Source: Eledone cirrhosa (taxonomy: Eukaryota). From it: DNA of 64,000 nucleotides. Where the stretch lies: positions 9,610,001 through 9,674,000 of the forward strand of contig OZ024742.1 in assembly GCA_964016885.1 (NCBI GenBank). Direction: 5' to 3'. Every line of letters starts with the position of its first letter. Within the stretch, counting starts at the first letter, position 1. Below, piece after piece: positions 37,210-52,141 of this stretch. The position numbers and the translations under genes were made by a program. Below the pieces are notes generated by a model. The model worked only from the letters and a program-made list of their open reading frames with translations. It was not told the origin of the DNA and made no database searches.

Positions 37210-40072
37210 TTATGTCAGTGTTGTTTGTTTAGGTGTTGTTGTTATTCCATTCCTTTTTCTGTTTAGTCTTGGTCTTCTAATTTCTATTTCACTGGCCTCT
37301 CTGATTTGCCTATCTGATGGGTCATTTCTATGTTTAGATATTATTCTAATTTCTATGTTGTCTATGTTACCGTCATGTTGTTGTCTAGCATGTTCGTATA
37401 GTACTGACCCGTTTTTTCGTCCTTTTAGTTCCCCCCAGTGTTGGTCTATCCTTTCACCTATGCTACGAGCTGTCTCACCTATGTATGTTGTTGTCATGTT
37501 TCTGCAAGTACCCTCTGTACATCTTATGCTATAGACTACGTTTCTAGTTTTACAGTTTATCCGGTGGTTTACCTTACATATGATACATTTCCTATTGCTA
37601 CAGTGGGTGTTCTTAAAGGGGTAGGTTTTGCTGATCAGGGATTTCATGGTGGTTCCTGGCTTTTCTACCACCTTAATTTTTAAGTGGGTCTTTCTCAGGG
37701 CCTTTCTACACTGGTTAGCTAATTTCCCTCCAGGGGTAGCGTCCACAAACATGACACTCTGGTATCTCTGGTTGTTGTACCATGAGGTGGCTTTCCCTAT
37801 CTTATGTCTAGTCCTATCTAAGCTATTCTATGATTTGCTCCTGTATAATGGGCAAATTCCTTTCATGTCCTATGAGGGTCTTATACTTCTCCATGGCTCC
37901 TTCGTATACTCTGACTCTGTCTCTTTGGTTGTAGCCAGAGAACTGCATGCGGTTGATGAAGTGTTGGATGTGTCTTTCCATTTCTGTTGGGTCGCACATG
38001 CGGGACACATTCTTCATCACTCGTACCAAATCTGCGATCAGAATATTAAACTTAGCACTACTGGACATTGCTGAGATTTTGAGTATCAGGTATTTAGAGG
38101 CCATGGGTTTAGCATAGTGTGAGTGGAGAATTTGGGCTCTCTCGTCTATAGTGTTAATCCAGAGTTCTGTGTCTAATACAGGTAGTCTATTGTTAGGGTG
38201 TTTGGAAGGGAAGTCGATAGTTACAGTTATAGTCTGGTGTATGGAATTAGCTATCTGTTGGATGCTTTCCATCGTGCTACGTTCTAAATCAACCCTTGTT
38301 AGTGCTCTCTTGTGGGGATGTTCTTATAACTATATTGATATCGTCTACATAACGAGAGTCCATGATGAGGTCTATGGAGCTCTCATTAAGGAGATCTTTA
38401 AGTCTCCTTTCCCACCATACCATGAAAAGGTTGGCAACATCACCAGCTATGCTGACGCCGATGGCTGCTCCCTCATTTTGGGTGTAGATCTTCTCGTTGA
38501 ACTTAAATATGTGGCCCTTTAGGGTAGTTTTGATACTAGCCCCTATTGCATGTGCGACCATTTTTCTTACCTGATCATTGTTTTGGGGGGTCCGTGTAGC
38601 TTTGGTCCACCCAATCCACCTTCCCATGGGAATCTTTTTTGCCATTGAGGTTATGGTGGGGGTCTACCTCTTATAAGTCTACTAGGGCAGAAACGTCTAA
38701 AGTCATGGCTTTCTAGGTAGTCAGTGTCGTAGGTAAGTCTAAGTAGGAGGCCCAGTTCATCTGTGTCGACGTCGCAGAACTCCACCTCACTCTCAATGAT
38801 CATCTCCACACATCTTTTCACAGCAAAATCAATGTTAATGGATGGGTACAGTGACACCACATCCATGCTGCCTATTATGCAGTTGGATAGGCTCCTGTTT
38901 TTGTTGCACTCACTGATTCTGCTGAGGAGGTCCTCTGTACTGTCACATACATCTGGGGACATCTTGATTATGGGGCGTATAACCATTGAGAGGAAGTAGG
39001 AGATCCTGTAGTTACTAGCTATATTAGCTCCGCATACGGGTCTTGTTGGTGGTCCTGTTGTCGGGTCGTCGACTGTCTTGTGGTCTTTGCGGAGCCCATA
39101 CAAGGGTGGTATGCTATTGTTAGACGCCTGGAAGTTGTTGGCAGTGCGTCTGCTTGGCTTTAGGATGTCAGTCCACATCATCATGTGAGCGTTGAGGATT
39201 TTCTCTCTCCCATCGTGTGTTTGTTGTGCAATTTCGCTCATGTTGGTGATGTGGTGTTGCATAGCCTTGATGTAGTCGGCATGCTATCTATTGACATCCT
39301 ACCAGACTTATCCGTGGGTAGACATACTACCTCACCATCCCTTGTGCGCTGCTTGAGGCTAACCAAGCCTTCTACAGGTTTCCTCCCAAGTTGTTGGGCC
39401 TCTGGTCTGCTCTGTCTCTTAGTATACCTGTCTACTATTTGTCTAATCTTATTTCTATCTATGGTGAACTGTGCCTCTGTCTCGTCATCTATTTGTTGTG
39501 GTATGCAAACTCTTTTATTAAAGGGTAACCTCGTAGGATAGATATTACCCATCTTATATGTTTTGTCAGCTAGGTTGAAAAATAGTTTCTCTAAGGGGTT
39601 GTCATTATATCTATCGTCATAGTTGTGTGTGTTGCTGTTATTGTTATCATGGTGGTTGTTGTTGTTTCTATCATTAGCATTATTATTATTTTTATGATTG
39701 CTAGATGTATTGTTGTTTACTTCACCGTTATTGTTGTTGTTACTGTTATTTCTACCATTGTGGTTGTTACTTTTATTATGTTTCTTGTTTTTGTTGTGTC
39801 TATCATTGATGTTGCTACATGTACTATTTCCATTATTACCACTGTGGTTATTGCTGTTGTTGTTCGTATTGTTACCGTTATTACTACTGTGGTCGCTGCT
39901 GCTGTGTCTGTCGTTAATGTTTCTATTATTATTATTATTGTGGTTGTTGTTGTTCTGTCTATCGTTAGTATTATTACCATTATTACTATTTCTCACTTTC
40001 CTGCCATTGTTATTGTTATGGCTGTTATTTCTATACTCAGAGTTATTGTTTATATTACTACTACCGTTATTA

Positions 40073-40103
<31 letters not shown>

Positions 40104-40841
40104 CCTTTGCATTCCAACGTATTTTTGTGAAACACTTTCCTGCTCCGTTTTGCACTCCATAGGGTTAATCTTTTTGTAGATGGCAAATTTTGGTGGTAGC
40201 CGCAGGATTTGTTGTTCTTGTTCACTGATGAAAGTGTTCCCATAGATATTTACTGCGTGGTCATTGGTAAATTCTTCCGGTAGTTTTACATCAGTCATAC
40301 GGATATTGTTGATGTTATCTGGGTATTTTTGAGAATATTCTATTTTCCTTTCTTGTAGTTTTTCCTTATTCATCCATTCTAATTTCTTATTGAAATGCCT
40401 ATTGCATTCGTTTCGGGCGTATTTCGTTTCACGTCGGATGACGCTCATGAAGTTATCCCTCTCGTTTGGTGTGGTGAGATTTCGGACTTCCTTACCGTTA
40501 ATGCGTTTCTGTCTGTAAAGTTCGTTGACTTTTGTGTATGTTGTTCTTTTCATATTAACTGTTATTGTGTTTTTTAGTCGTTCAGCTTGTGTATTGTTCA
40601 ATAATGAATTATTTACTTGTTTTGATATGTTTGTTGTGTATATTTTGAAGGAAACACAGTGTTTTAAGAAGCGGATTTGTTCTGTGGTTATTGTAGTTTT
40701 TATATAACAGAAAACTGTGTCTTTCAATAAACTTTCAGCTTGGCACAAGCTAATGCCATAGCGGCGATGAATTAGTTTTGCGAGGTTTTTTATATGAAAT
40801 CGTGTGTCGAAACAAATATTGTTATACTTGGGGAGCGTCAT
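37210..40841 (-). pseudogene. PLE RT + GIY-YIG ORF with several frameshifts
   Basis: ORF pieces 40101-40841, 39238-40155, 38651-39262, 38289-38645, 37823-38272 and 37210-37752 are colinear with the intact ORF at 60470-63556. Confidence 0.95.
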
Positions 40842-40886
40842 ATCTGTGTAATATTGCCAGAATTAATAATATATATTGCCAGAATT

Positions 40887-41018
<132 letters not shown>

Positions 41019-41073
41019 GTGATATATATAAATATATCACATATATATATACCGTATATATATATATATCTAT

Positions 41074-41106
<33 letters not shown>

Positions 41107-41261
41107 TTATAAAAATAACAGATTAAATTACTTCAAAATATTAACAAATATAGACATTTGTGTGATCAAGTATATTTTATTATACATATTTCACATATTT
41201 CATTATATATATTTCATATATATATATATACATATATATATATACATATATATATATATTA

Positions 41262-44200
41262 AAAAATTTTTTTTCTCTCTCTCTCTCGTCTGCGTCTTCA
41301 CAGAACTTATGTTTACCGAATTCGCAGACCAGACCCCTTCTTCTTCCTCCCGTTAGACCTGTGCGAACTTCCTTCCTTGCTCACATTTCAACCAGGTCTG
41401 ATGGTCTTTATTCTCTAGTTCACGATTTTATCGAGTTTATATTCATAGAATCTGGGACTTGTCTCTTTCTTCTCACTTTCTGTTGCCTAAACCATTTTGT
41501 TTGTTCACCCTAACGTTCTCTTTATTTACGTGTCCCAACGACTTTTTTTAGCCGTTGTTCGCACCAACCTGAGGTATATGGCCCTTAAAGCGATGAAATG
41601 CCTAGGACGGTTGGAGGGTCACTGATGAAGGACTCACTTTTTTATATGTAACCCATTTGCAACGCCGCAGCTCCATTATTATCATATTTACACATATTTT
41701 TTCCTCTGCTGCCACCCGTCTGTTTCGTTCTTGTATCTTTACCCTTTCTAGCAGTCTCTCTCTCTGTTAGCCTCTTCCTCAACTTTCACTCACTCATACC
41801 CTGTCACTTCCTCCCCTCCTCTCCTCTTTCTTCCCGCTTGACCTGTCCGATTTCTTTTCTCGCGCACTCTTGGCCAAGCCGGTATGAAATTTTTTTTCTC
41901 TCTCTCTCTCGTCTGCGTCTTCACAGAACTTATGTTTACCGAATTCGCAGACCAGACCCCTTCTTCTTCCTCCCGTTAGACCTGTGCGAAATTCCTTCCT
42001 TGCTCACATTTCAACCAGGTCTGATGGTCTTTATTCTCTAGTTCACGATTTTATCGAGTTTATATTCATAGAATCTGGGACTTGTCTCTTTCTTCTCACT
42101 TTCTGTTGCCTAAACCATTTTGTTTGTTCACCCTAACGTTCTCTTTATTTACGTGTCCCAACGACTTTTTTTAGCCGTTGTTCGCACCAACCTGAGGTAT
42201 ATGGCCCTTAAAGCGATGAAATGCCTAGGACGGTTGGAGGGTCACTGATGAAGGACTCCCTTTTTTATATGTAACCCGTTTGCAACGCCGCAGCTCCATT
42301 ATTATCATATTTACACATATTTTTTCCTCTGCTGCCACCCGTCTGTTTCGTTCTTGTATCTTTACCCTTTCTAGCAGTCTCTCTCTCTGTTAGCCTCTTC
42401 CTCAACTTTCACTCACTCATACCCTGTCACTTCCTCTCCTCCTCTCCTCTTTCTTCCCGCTTGACCTGTCCGATTTCTTTTCTCGCGCACTCTTGGCCAA
42501 GCCGGTATGAAATTTTTTTTCTCTCTCTCTCTCGTCTGCGTCTTCACAGAACTTATGTTTACCGAATTCGCAGACCAGACCCCTTCTTCTTCCTCCCGTT
42601 AGACCTGTGCGAAATTCCTTCCTTGCTCACATTTCAACCAGGTCTGATGGTCTTTATTCTCTAGTTCACGATTTTATCGAGTTTATATTCATAGAATCTG
42701 GGACTTGTCTCTTTCTTCTCACTTTCTGTTGCCTAAACCATTTTGTTTGTTCACCCTAACGTTCTCTTTATTTACGTGTCCCAACGACTTTTTTTAGCCG
42801 TTGTTCGCACCAACCTGAGGTATATGGCCCTTAAAGCGATGAAATGCCTAGGACGGTTGGAGGGTCACTGATGAAGGACTCCCTTTTTTATATGTAACCC
42901 ATTTGCAACGCCGCAGCTCCATTATTATCATATTTACACATATTTTTTCCTCTGCTGCCACCCGTCTGTTTCGTTCTTGTATCTTTACCCTTTCTAGCAG
43001 TCTCTCTCTCTGTTAGCCTCTTCCTCAACTTTCACTCACTCATACCCTGTCACTTCCTCTCCTCCTCTCCTCTTTCTTCCCGCTTGACCTGTCCGATTTC
43101 TTTTCTCGCGCACTCTTGGCCAAGCCGGTATGAAATTTTTTTTCTCTCTCTCTCTCGTCTGCGTCTTCACAGAACTTATGTTTACCGAATTCGCAGACCA
43201 GACCCCTTCTTCTTCCTCCCGTTAGACCTGTGCGAAATTCCTTCCTTGCTCACATTTCAACCAGGTCTGATGGTCTTTATTCTCTAGTTCACGATTTTAT
43301 CGAGTTTATATTCATAGAATCTGGGACTTGTCTCTTTCTTCTCACTTTCTGTTGCCTAAACCATTTTGTTTGTTCACCCTAACGTTCTCTTTATTTACGT
43401 GTCCCAACGACTTTTTTTAGCCGTTGTTCGCACCAACCTGAGGTATATGGCCCTTAAAGCGATGAAATGCCTAGGACGGTTGGAGGGTCACTGATGAAGG
43501 ACTCACTTTTTTATATGTAACCCATTTGCAACGCCGCAGCTCCATTATTATCATATTTACACATATTTTTTCCTCTGCTGCCACCCGTCTGTTTCGTTCT
43601 TGTATCTTTACCCTTTCTAGCAGTCTCTCTCTCTGTTAGCCTCTTCCTCAACTTTCACTCACTCATACCCTGTCACTTCCTCTCCTCCTCTCCTCTTTCT
43701 TCCCGCTTGACCTGTCCGATTTCTTTTCTCGCGCACTCTTGGCCAAGCCGGTATGAAATTTTTTTTCTCTCTCTCTCTCGTCTGCGTCTTCACAGAACTT
43801 ATGTTTACCGAATTCGCAGACCAGACCCCTTCTTCTTCCTCCCGTTAGACCTGTGCGAAATTCCTTCCTTGCTCACATTTCAACCAGGTCTGATGGTCTT
43901 TATTCTCTAGTTCACGATTTTATCGAGTTTATATTCATAGAATCTGGGACTTGTCTCTTTCTTCTCACTTTCTGTTGCCTAAACCATTTTGTTTGTTCAC
44001 CCTAACGTTCTCTTTATTTACGTGTCCCAACGACTTTTTTTAGCCGTTGTTCGCACCAACCTGAGGTATATGGCCCTTAAAGCGATGAAATGCCTAGGAC
44101 GGTTGGAGGGTCACTGATGAAGGACTCACTTTTTTATATGTAACCCATTTGCAACGCCGCAGCTCCATTATTATCATATTTACACATATTTTTTCCTCTG

Positions 44201-46047
44201 CTGCCACCCGTCTGTTTCGTTCTTGTATCTTTACCCTTTCTAGCAGTCTCTCTCTCTGTTAGCCTCTTCCTCAACTTTCACTCACTCATACCCTGTCACT
44301 TCCTCTCCTCCTCTCCTCTTTCTTCCCGCTTGACCTGTCCGATTTCTTTTCTCGCGCACTCTTGGCCAAGCCGGTATGAAATTTTTTTTCTCTCTCTCTC
44401 TCGTCTGCGTCTTCACAGAACTTATGTTTACCGAATTCGCAGACCAGACCCCTTCTTCTTCCTCCCGTTAGACCTGTGCGAAATTCCTTCCTTGCTCACA
44501 TTTCAACCAGGTCTGATGGTCTTTATTCTCTAGTTCACGATTTTATCGAGTTTATATTCATAGAATCTGGGACTTGTCTCTTTCTTCTCACTTTCTGTTG
44601 CCTAAACCATTTTGTTTGTTCACCCTAACGTTCTCTTTATTTACGTGTCCCAACGACTTTTTTTAGCCGTTGTTCGCACCAACCTGAGGTATATGGCCCT
44701 TAAAGCGATGAAATGCCTAGGACGGTTGGAGGGTCACTGATGAAGGACTCACTTTTTTATATGTAACCCATTTGCAACGCCGCAGCTCCATTATTATCAT
44801 ATTTACACATATTTTTTCCTCTGCTGCCACCCGTCTGTTTCGTTCTTGTATCTTTACCCTTTCTAGCAGTCTCTCTCTCTGTTAGCCTCTTCCTCAACTT
44901 TCACTCACTCATACCCTGTCACTTCCTCTCCTCCTCTCCTCTTTCTTCCCGCTTGACCTGTCCGATTTCTTTTCTCGCGCACTCTTGGCCAAGCCGGTAT
45001 GAAATTTTTTTTCTCTCTCTCTCTCGTCTGCGTCTTCACAGAACTTATGTTTACCGAATTCGCAGACCAGACCCCTTCTTCTTCCTCCCGTTAGACCTGT
45101 GCGAAATTCCTTCCTTGCTCACATTTCAACCAGGTCTGATGGTCTTTATTCTCTAGTTCACGATTTTATCGAGTTTATATTCATAGAATCTGGGACTTGT
45201 CTCTTTCTTCTCACTTTCTGTTGCCTAAACCATTTTGTTTGTTCACCCTAACGTTCTCTTTATTTACGTGTCCCAACGACTTTTTTTAGCCGTTGTTCGC
45301 ACCAACCTGAGGTATATGGCCCTTAAAGCGATGAAATGCCTAGGACGGTTGGAGGGTCACTGATGAAGGACTCACTTTTTTATATGTAACCCATTTGCAA
45401 CGCCGCAGCTCCATTATTATCATATTTACACATATTTTTTCCTCTGCTGCCACCCGTCTGTTTCGTTCTTGTATCTTTACCCTTTCTAACAGTCTCTCTC
45501 TCTGTTAGCCTCTTCCTCAACTTTCACTCACTCATACCCTGTCACTTCCTCTCCTCCTCTCCTCTTTCTTCCCGCTTGACCTGTCCGATTTCTTTTCTCG
45601 CGCACTCTTGGCCAAGCCGGTATGAAATTTTTTTTCTCTCTCTCTCTCGTCTGCGTCTTCACAGAACTTATGTTTACCGAATTCGCAGACCAGACCCCTT
45701 CTTCTTCCTCCCGTTAGACCTGTGCGAAATTCCTTCCTTGCTCACATTTCAACCAGGTCTGATGGTCTTTATTCTCTAGTTCACGATTTTATCGAGTTTA
45801 TATTCATAGAATCTGGGACTTGTCTCTTTCTTCTCACTTTCTGTTGCCTAAACCATTTTGTTTGTTCACCCTAACGTTCTCTTTATTTACGTGTCCCAAC
45901 GACTTTTTTTAGCCGTTGTTCGCACCAACCTGAGGTATATGGCCCTTAAAGCGATGAAATGCCTAGGACGGTTGGAGGGTCACTGATGAAGGACTCACTT
46001 TTTTATATGTAACCCATTTGCAACGCCGCAGCTCCATTATTATCATA
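41262..46047. repeat. 623-bp tandem array, ~7.7 near-identical copies
   Basis: An identical 67-aa ORF recurs every 623 bp (41838 to 45576); (TA)n on both flanks. Confidence 0.97.
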
Positions 46048-46084
46048 TATACATATATATATATACATATATAATATATATACA

Positions 46085-46163
<79 letters not shown>

Positions 46164-46529
46164 TCGGTTTTATTTCCTAGAGTGCTTAAATTATTTGTGA
46201 CTAATCCCGGTATTTAAAAAAAAAAAGACCGCGATAATATTGCTTTTTGCTGAACTCCTTTTGGAGAGTTTTCTTTCGGAATGTTTTTGACTGTTGTTTC
46301 ATGTAAACAAACATTTGTCTCATTCTGACGTCACCAGCCCTGTTTTTCCACATTATGCGTTTATTTTAATAATCACGCATGATGTTTAATCTAGCCTGCT
46401 TTTAAATTCCCTTTTTGGCATATTACCTGTGAGACCTTGGTTACCATGTTGAGCTCTGCTGATGAACGAAATCCAACCGTGACCATCCCCACTGAAAGTT
46501 TTCGTTAAATAGTATTTTCAAGACTATAC

Positions 46530-46790
46530 AGAGCATTTGAAGTTGTCCCAAATTGAAGGTTGAGTACTTTAGACTTTGTTTTATCATGAGTTAAGGCTCT
46601 ATTGATTTTTCAATGGGTTTCTCTAAATTCTGTTGGATAAATCTATATCCTGATTCCTTTTGAATTGAGTCTGAATTATTTTTCCCATATCTTATGTTAA
46701 CTATTTTCCTATTTTGACGCGAAAGTCACATATATGTTATGGAATACTGTTAGCTTCTCGATACAACAATTTCTATACTTTTCATTTATA
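46530..46790 (+). repeat. Dispersed ~260-bp repeat, copy 1
   Basis: Diverged homology to 54031-54295 (agagcatttgaagtt...ttaaggctctattgattttt...ttcatttatatat). Confidence 0.75.
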
Positions 46791-47026
46791 TATATATATA
46801 TATATATATTTCGTTTCTGAATTTGTTTAGTTTAGCAAGATTCTTTATCTGAAAACGTGTCTTGAAACCGATATTGTTATGCTTCGGGAGGGTCATGTTT
46901 CCAATAAGAAACACACACACCAGTTGCTTTCACTTCAATTTATTATAAATTAAATTTATAAATTTAGGAATTTATAAATTTCCGGTTGGGTGGTTGGTTC
47001 CACAACCAGACGATTGTTCATATATT

Positions 47027-47069
47027 GTCAAAGTTCTTTCGTCACACATTTTGTGACCTCTTCAGTGAC
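47027..47069 (-). ncRNA. Minimal type I hammerhead ribozyme
   Basis: Inverse of 48155-48197. Confidence 0.75.
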
Positions 47070-48154
47070 TGGGATTCTTTTCTTTGTTTGTGTGCCTCTC
47101 CTTTGTTCTGTCCTACGCCATCTTGTTTGTGTGTGTGTTGTGTGCTTAGTTTGCGCATGTGTTACATCCGTCTGTCTGTGTGTGTTTATATTTGTTTATT
47201 TATTTGTTTATTGACATGTTACTGGTTGGTTGTTTGTTCTATGTGTGTGTTTTCATTTTGTCCTTAATTGTAAGTTATAACGTTGCTATTCCATTCATGT
47301 TTTCTATTTAATTTTGGTTGGAGTTCATTTATGTTTATGGCCTCTGTGATTTGTCTAAACATTGCGTCTTTTCTGTGTGTAGATTCTATTTTTATTTCTA
47401 TGTTCTCTAATTTACCCTAATGTTCTATTTTAGCATGTTGGTGGCGTACAGATGATTCTTTACTATCTTGAAGCTCTCGCCAGTGTTCATTTATCCGTTC
47501 TCTTATACTACAAGCTGTCTCACCTATGTACACTATATTCTTATCTCTACATTGTCATTCAGTACATCTTATGCTATATACTATATTTCTAGTTTTACAG
47601 TTAAAATGGGGTCTTAGTTTACAGATTATACATTTTTTATCTATATAGGGAAGTCTTTGAAAAGGGTATGTATTGCTAATAACTGGTTTTATGGAGGTAC
47701 CTGATCTTTCTACTATCTTAATATTGTGTTTATGTTTATCTAAGGCCCTTCTAAATTTGAAAGCTAATTCACCTCTAGGGGTTGTATTGACGAACATTAC
47801 ACTCTGGTATTTATTGCTATCATACCATGAGTTTATTCTATTAACGTTATTCCCAGTTCTTTCTATTCTATTCCAAAATTTACTCCTATACAAGGGGCAG
47901 GTCCCATGTGTATCACTATTTACCATTTTTTCCCATTTGGTTCTGGCTCCTCTATATACTCTGAATTTATCTCTCTGATTGTAACCAGAGAACTGCATAC
48001 GGTGGATGAAGTGTTTAGAGAGACACATACAACACTTCATCCACCGTATGCAGTTCTCTAAGCACACAACACACTAAGCACACAACACACACAAAAAAAA
48101 GATGGCGTAGGGCAGAACAAAGGAGAGGCACAAAAACAAAGAAAAGAATCCCCA

Positions 48155-48197
48155 GTCACTGAAGAGGTCACAGAATGTGTGACGAAAGAACTTTGAC
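48155..48197 (+). ncRNA. Minimal type I hammerhead ribozyme
   Basis: Stem I GTCA/TGAC, CTGAAGA, stem II GTCACA/TGTGAC, GAAA, G-AA-CTT. Confidence 0.75.
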
Positions 48198-48329
48198 AAT
48201 ATATGAACAATCGTCTGGTTGTGGAACCAACCAACCAACCGGAAATTTATAAATTTAATTTGTAATAAATTGAAGTGAAAGCATCTGGTGCGTGTGTTTC
48301 TTATTGGCAACATGACCCTCCCAAAGCAT

Positions 48330-48430
<101 letters not shown>

Positions 48431-48473
48431 CACATATATTTATACACATATATACATATATTTACATATATAT

Positions 48474-49624
<1,151 letters not shown>

Positions 49625-50135
49625 ATATATACATATATATATATGAGCGTGTATATATTAGAATATAAATACATATGCATATATATATATATATATATGT
49701 GTGTGTCTGTGTGTGTGTGTGTGTTTGTGTATACATACACACAAACATTTATATATATATATACTATATACAGATAGAGACAAGTTTGTATACATACAAA
49801 CATAGAGATGCGAATAAAAGGAAAGTATATAAGGGGCGGGGGGGGGGGATTTTATAGCATTAAATCGGAAACCTAACTTGGTGTATGGTTTAAAGGGAAT
49901 GGAACCGCTAGGGACTCGTGTCATACTAAACAGAGTAATATGACACGAAAATTAACAACCGAGTCGAATCCAGATCGATAAAATCCCAGGTCAAAATGTC
50001 GGGTTCCAATTTCGTCCAATACTTGATATTAAAGAAATAAATATATATAATATGAAAAAGAGGAAAAGAGGAAATAGAAGCCACCCCGCCCACGATGTTA
50101 TCAGATGAAAATTAAAAGCAAGGAAAGAAAAATGG

Positions 50136-50605
50136 TCATCATAAAATCATCAATTACCATAGTCATCATCATCATCACTACCATCACAAACATCATCACA
50201 AACATCATCAGCATCATCATCATTATCATCATCATCATCAACATTATCAACATCATCATCATCATCACCATCATCATCAACACCATCATCATCATCACCA
50301 ACATCATCACCAACAACATCATCATCATCATCATCATCACTACCATCACAAACATCATCACCAACATCATCAGCATCATCGTCATTATCATCATCATCAT
50401 CACCATCATCATCATCACCAACATCATCACCAACATCATCACCAACATCATCATCATCAATACCATCACAACAATCATCAACTTTATCATCATCACCACT
50501 ACCATAACAAACATCACTATCATCACAACCATCATCATCATCATCATCACCACTGTCATCACCAAAATCACCATCATCACCATCATCAGCAGCAGCAGCA
50601 GCAGC
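50136..50605. repeat. Imperfect (CAT)n microsatellite ending in (CAG)n
   Basis: Directly visible. Confidence 0.95.
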
Positions 50606-50664
50606 TATTGCAGCAAGAAAAATACCAGGGAAATAGTATCGACAAAATTGAAAATATGATCGAA

Positions 50665-51425
50665 TTTTTTTTTTTTATTTGCGTAATAGTTTATTTTGAT
50701 GACAATAAAAAAGAAGAGGAAACAAATGGAAAGAAAGAATAGGGTAATATAGAAAAAAAAAGGAGAAAAAGAAAGAATAGAAAGAGCGTAGATGGGAGGG
50801 GATGGCAAGAGCTCTACTGTCGCAGAACAGAGGGGAGGGGTGACGGGGGAGGGTGATTGGGCTTTAACCTTACGGCAAGAGGGCGGTAGTGCTGCGCCCA
50901 GCTGACAAGACGGCAAAAGCATTCCCTCGAGACGATGGTCAGCGATACCCGCTACAACAGCCACCCATCTTCGTGGAGATCCCTCCTCAAACGGGCCACA
51001 GACGCTCCGATCTTGCGGAGGAGCTCGGCAGTATGGGGTCCAAGTACGCCTGAGGTCTCGACGGTGACCGAACAAACCCCCGTATTCTTTTTTATTTTAC
51101 GTTCTTCTCCGAGGCGGGCCGCGATGCTGGGGTTTGTGGCCGAAGCGACTAAGTTGGAAGCGGAGAACGTGTTGTAACAGGTGGCGTCCTAGATGAGGGC
51201 TCTACCTCCTTCCAATGGGAAGAGGGTAATACCGTCGGGGAGCTTGCAATCTCCGCAGTCTAGGCCTGCTGACTTCAGTTGAGATGGAAAGCCTGCTGCG
51301 TGCTGGCTTCTTTTCAATATGTTGTTGAGACCGAGGTGTCGCGGGAACCGGCCTGCTCTCTGGTGGCGAGACAGAGGGTACAGGCCGAACTTGTCAACAG
51401 CAACCCCTTCCCCCGCAGTGGCATT
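50665..51425 (-). mobile_element. 3' fragment of CRE-clade non-LTR retrotransposon (Zn knuckle + restriction-like endonuclease)
   Basis: Manual translation: CHCG..VDKFGLYPLS..AGRFPRHLGLNNILKR..KLPDGITLFPLEGGRALI*DATC..VETSGVLGP..L*RVSLTI; poly(A) on minus at 50665-50676. Confidence 0.85.
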
Positions 51426-51427
51426 TT

Positions 51428-51428
51428 A

Positions 51429-51490
<62 letters not shown>
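51428..51490. repeat. (TAC)n microsatellite
   Basis: Directly visible. Confidence 0.95.
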
Positions 51491-51734
51491 CAATATTATA
51501 ACATAACATGAGGAAGAAATGCAGTATTAGTTATGATGGCCAATAAGAATCAGTTGTGATATTAAGGAGAAGTTAGTCCCCTTTAATTCCTCTTATGTAG
51601 CTTTTAACGAGATTTCCCCCAATATTTACAGTAAATGTTACAATATATATCGATACATCTCTCATCTCTAACATTTCAATCATATTTTACTTCATTATAG
51701 AATATCGATTAACTACAACAGCAACAACAATAAT

Positions 51735-52141
51735 ATTGATTTCTGCTATAGGCAAAAGGCCAGCAATTATGTGGGAAGGTAAAGTTCATTATATCGACCC
51801 CAGTGTATTACTGGTGCTTTATTTATCGACCCCAATAGGATGAATGGAAAACCTAAGCTCAGCGAGGTTTAAGCCCAGAACGTAAAGGGACGTAACTATA
51901 TGTTACAAAATATAATAATAGCAGTAATGTGTTCTGATTTAGACACAAGGCCAACCATTTGACGGAAAGGTAATGTAGATTATATTGAGTCCAGTACTTT
52001 ATTGATACTTCATTGTATCGACCTTGAAAATATGAAAAACGAAATGGACATCGGCAGCATTTGAACTCAGAACGTGAACATTCGAAATATCTAGTTCAAA
52101 ACATCTGTGTGATGCTCTACTGATTCTGACAATCCACTGCC
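51735..52141 (-). mobile_element. Two tandem degraded copies of the SINE family seen at 36411
   Basis: ggccagcaatt...tatcgaccccagt...actggt...ttatcgacccc, then tttgaactcagaacgt. Confidence 0.7.

Larger units (their letters stand above)
36722..40870 (-). mobile_element. Near full-length Neptune-like PLE family A, partial-tandem ends
   Basis: Whole coding region is present; the 3' pLTR re-enters the ORF start (MTLPKYNNI); both flanks are (TA)n. Confidence 0.95.

Noticed and set aside
39625-40179. Hydrophobic Val/Leu-rich 'membrane' ORFs (also 60569-61123 and 27102-27805)
   Set aside because: Antisense frames of Asn-rich or Gln/Thr/Pro-rich retroelement coding sequence
41838-45779. Seven identical 67-aa ORFs
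   Set aside because: TTG start, crosses T/CT runs, no recognisable domain; a by-product of the 623-bp repeat
49916-49948. 10-bp inverted repeat TCGTGTCATA/TATGACACGA
   Set aside because: Isolated, with no supporting context
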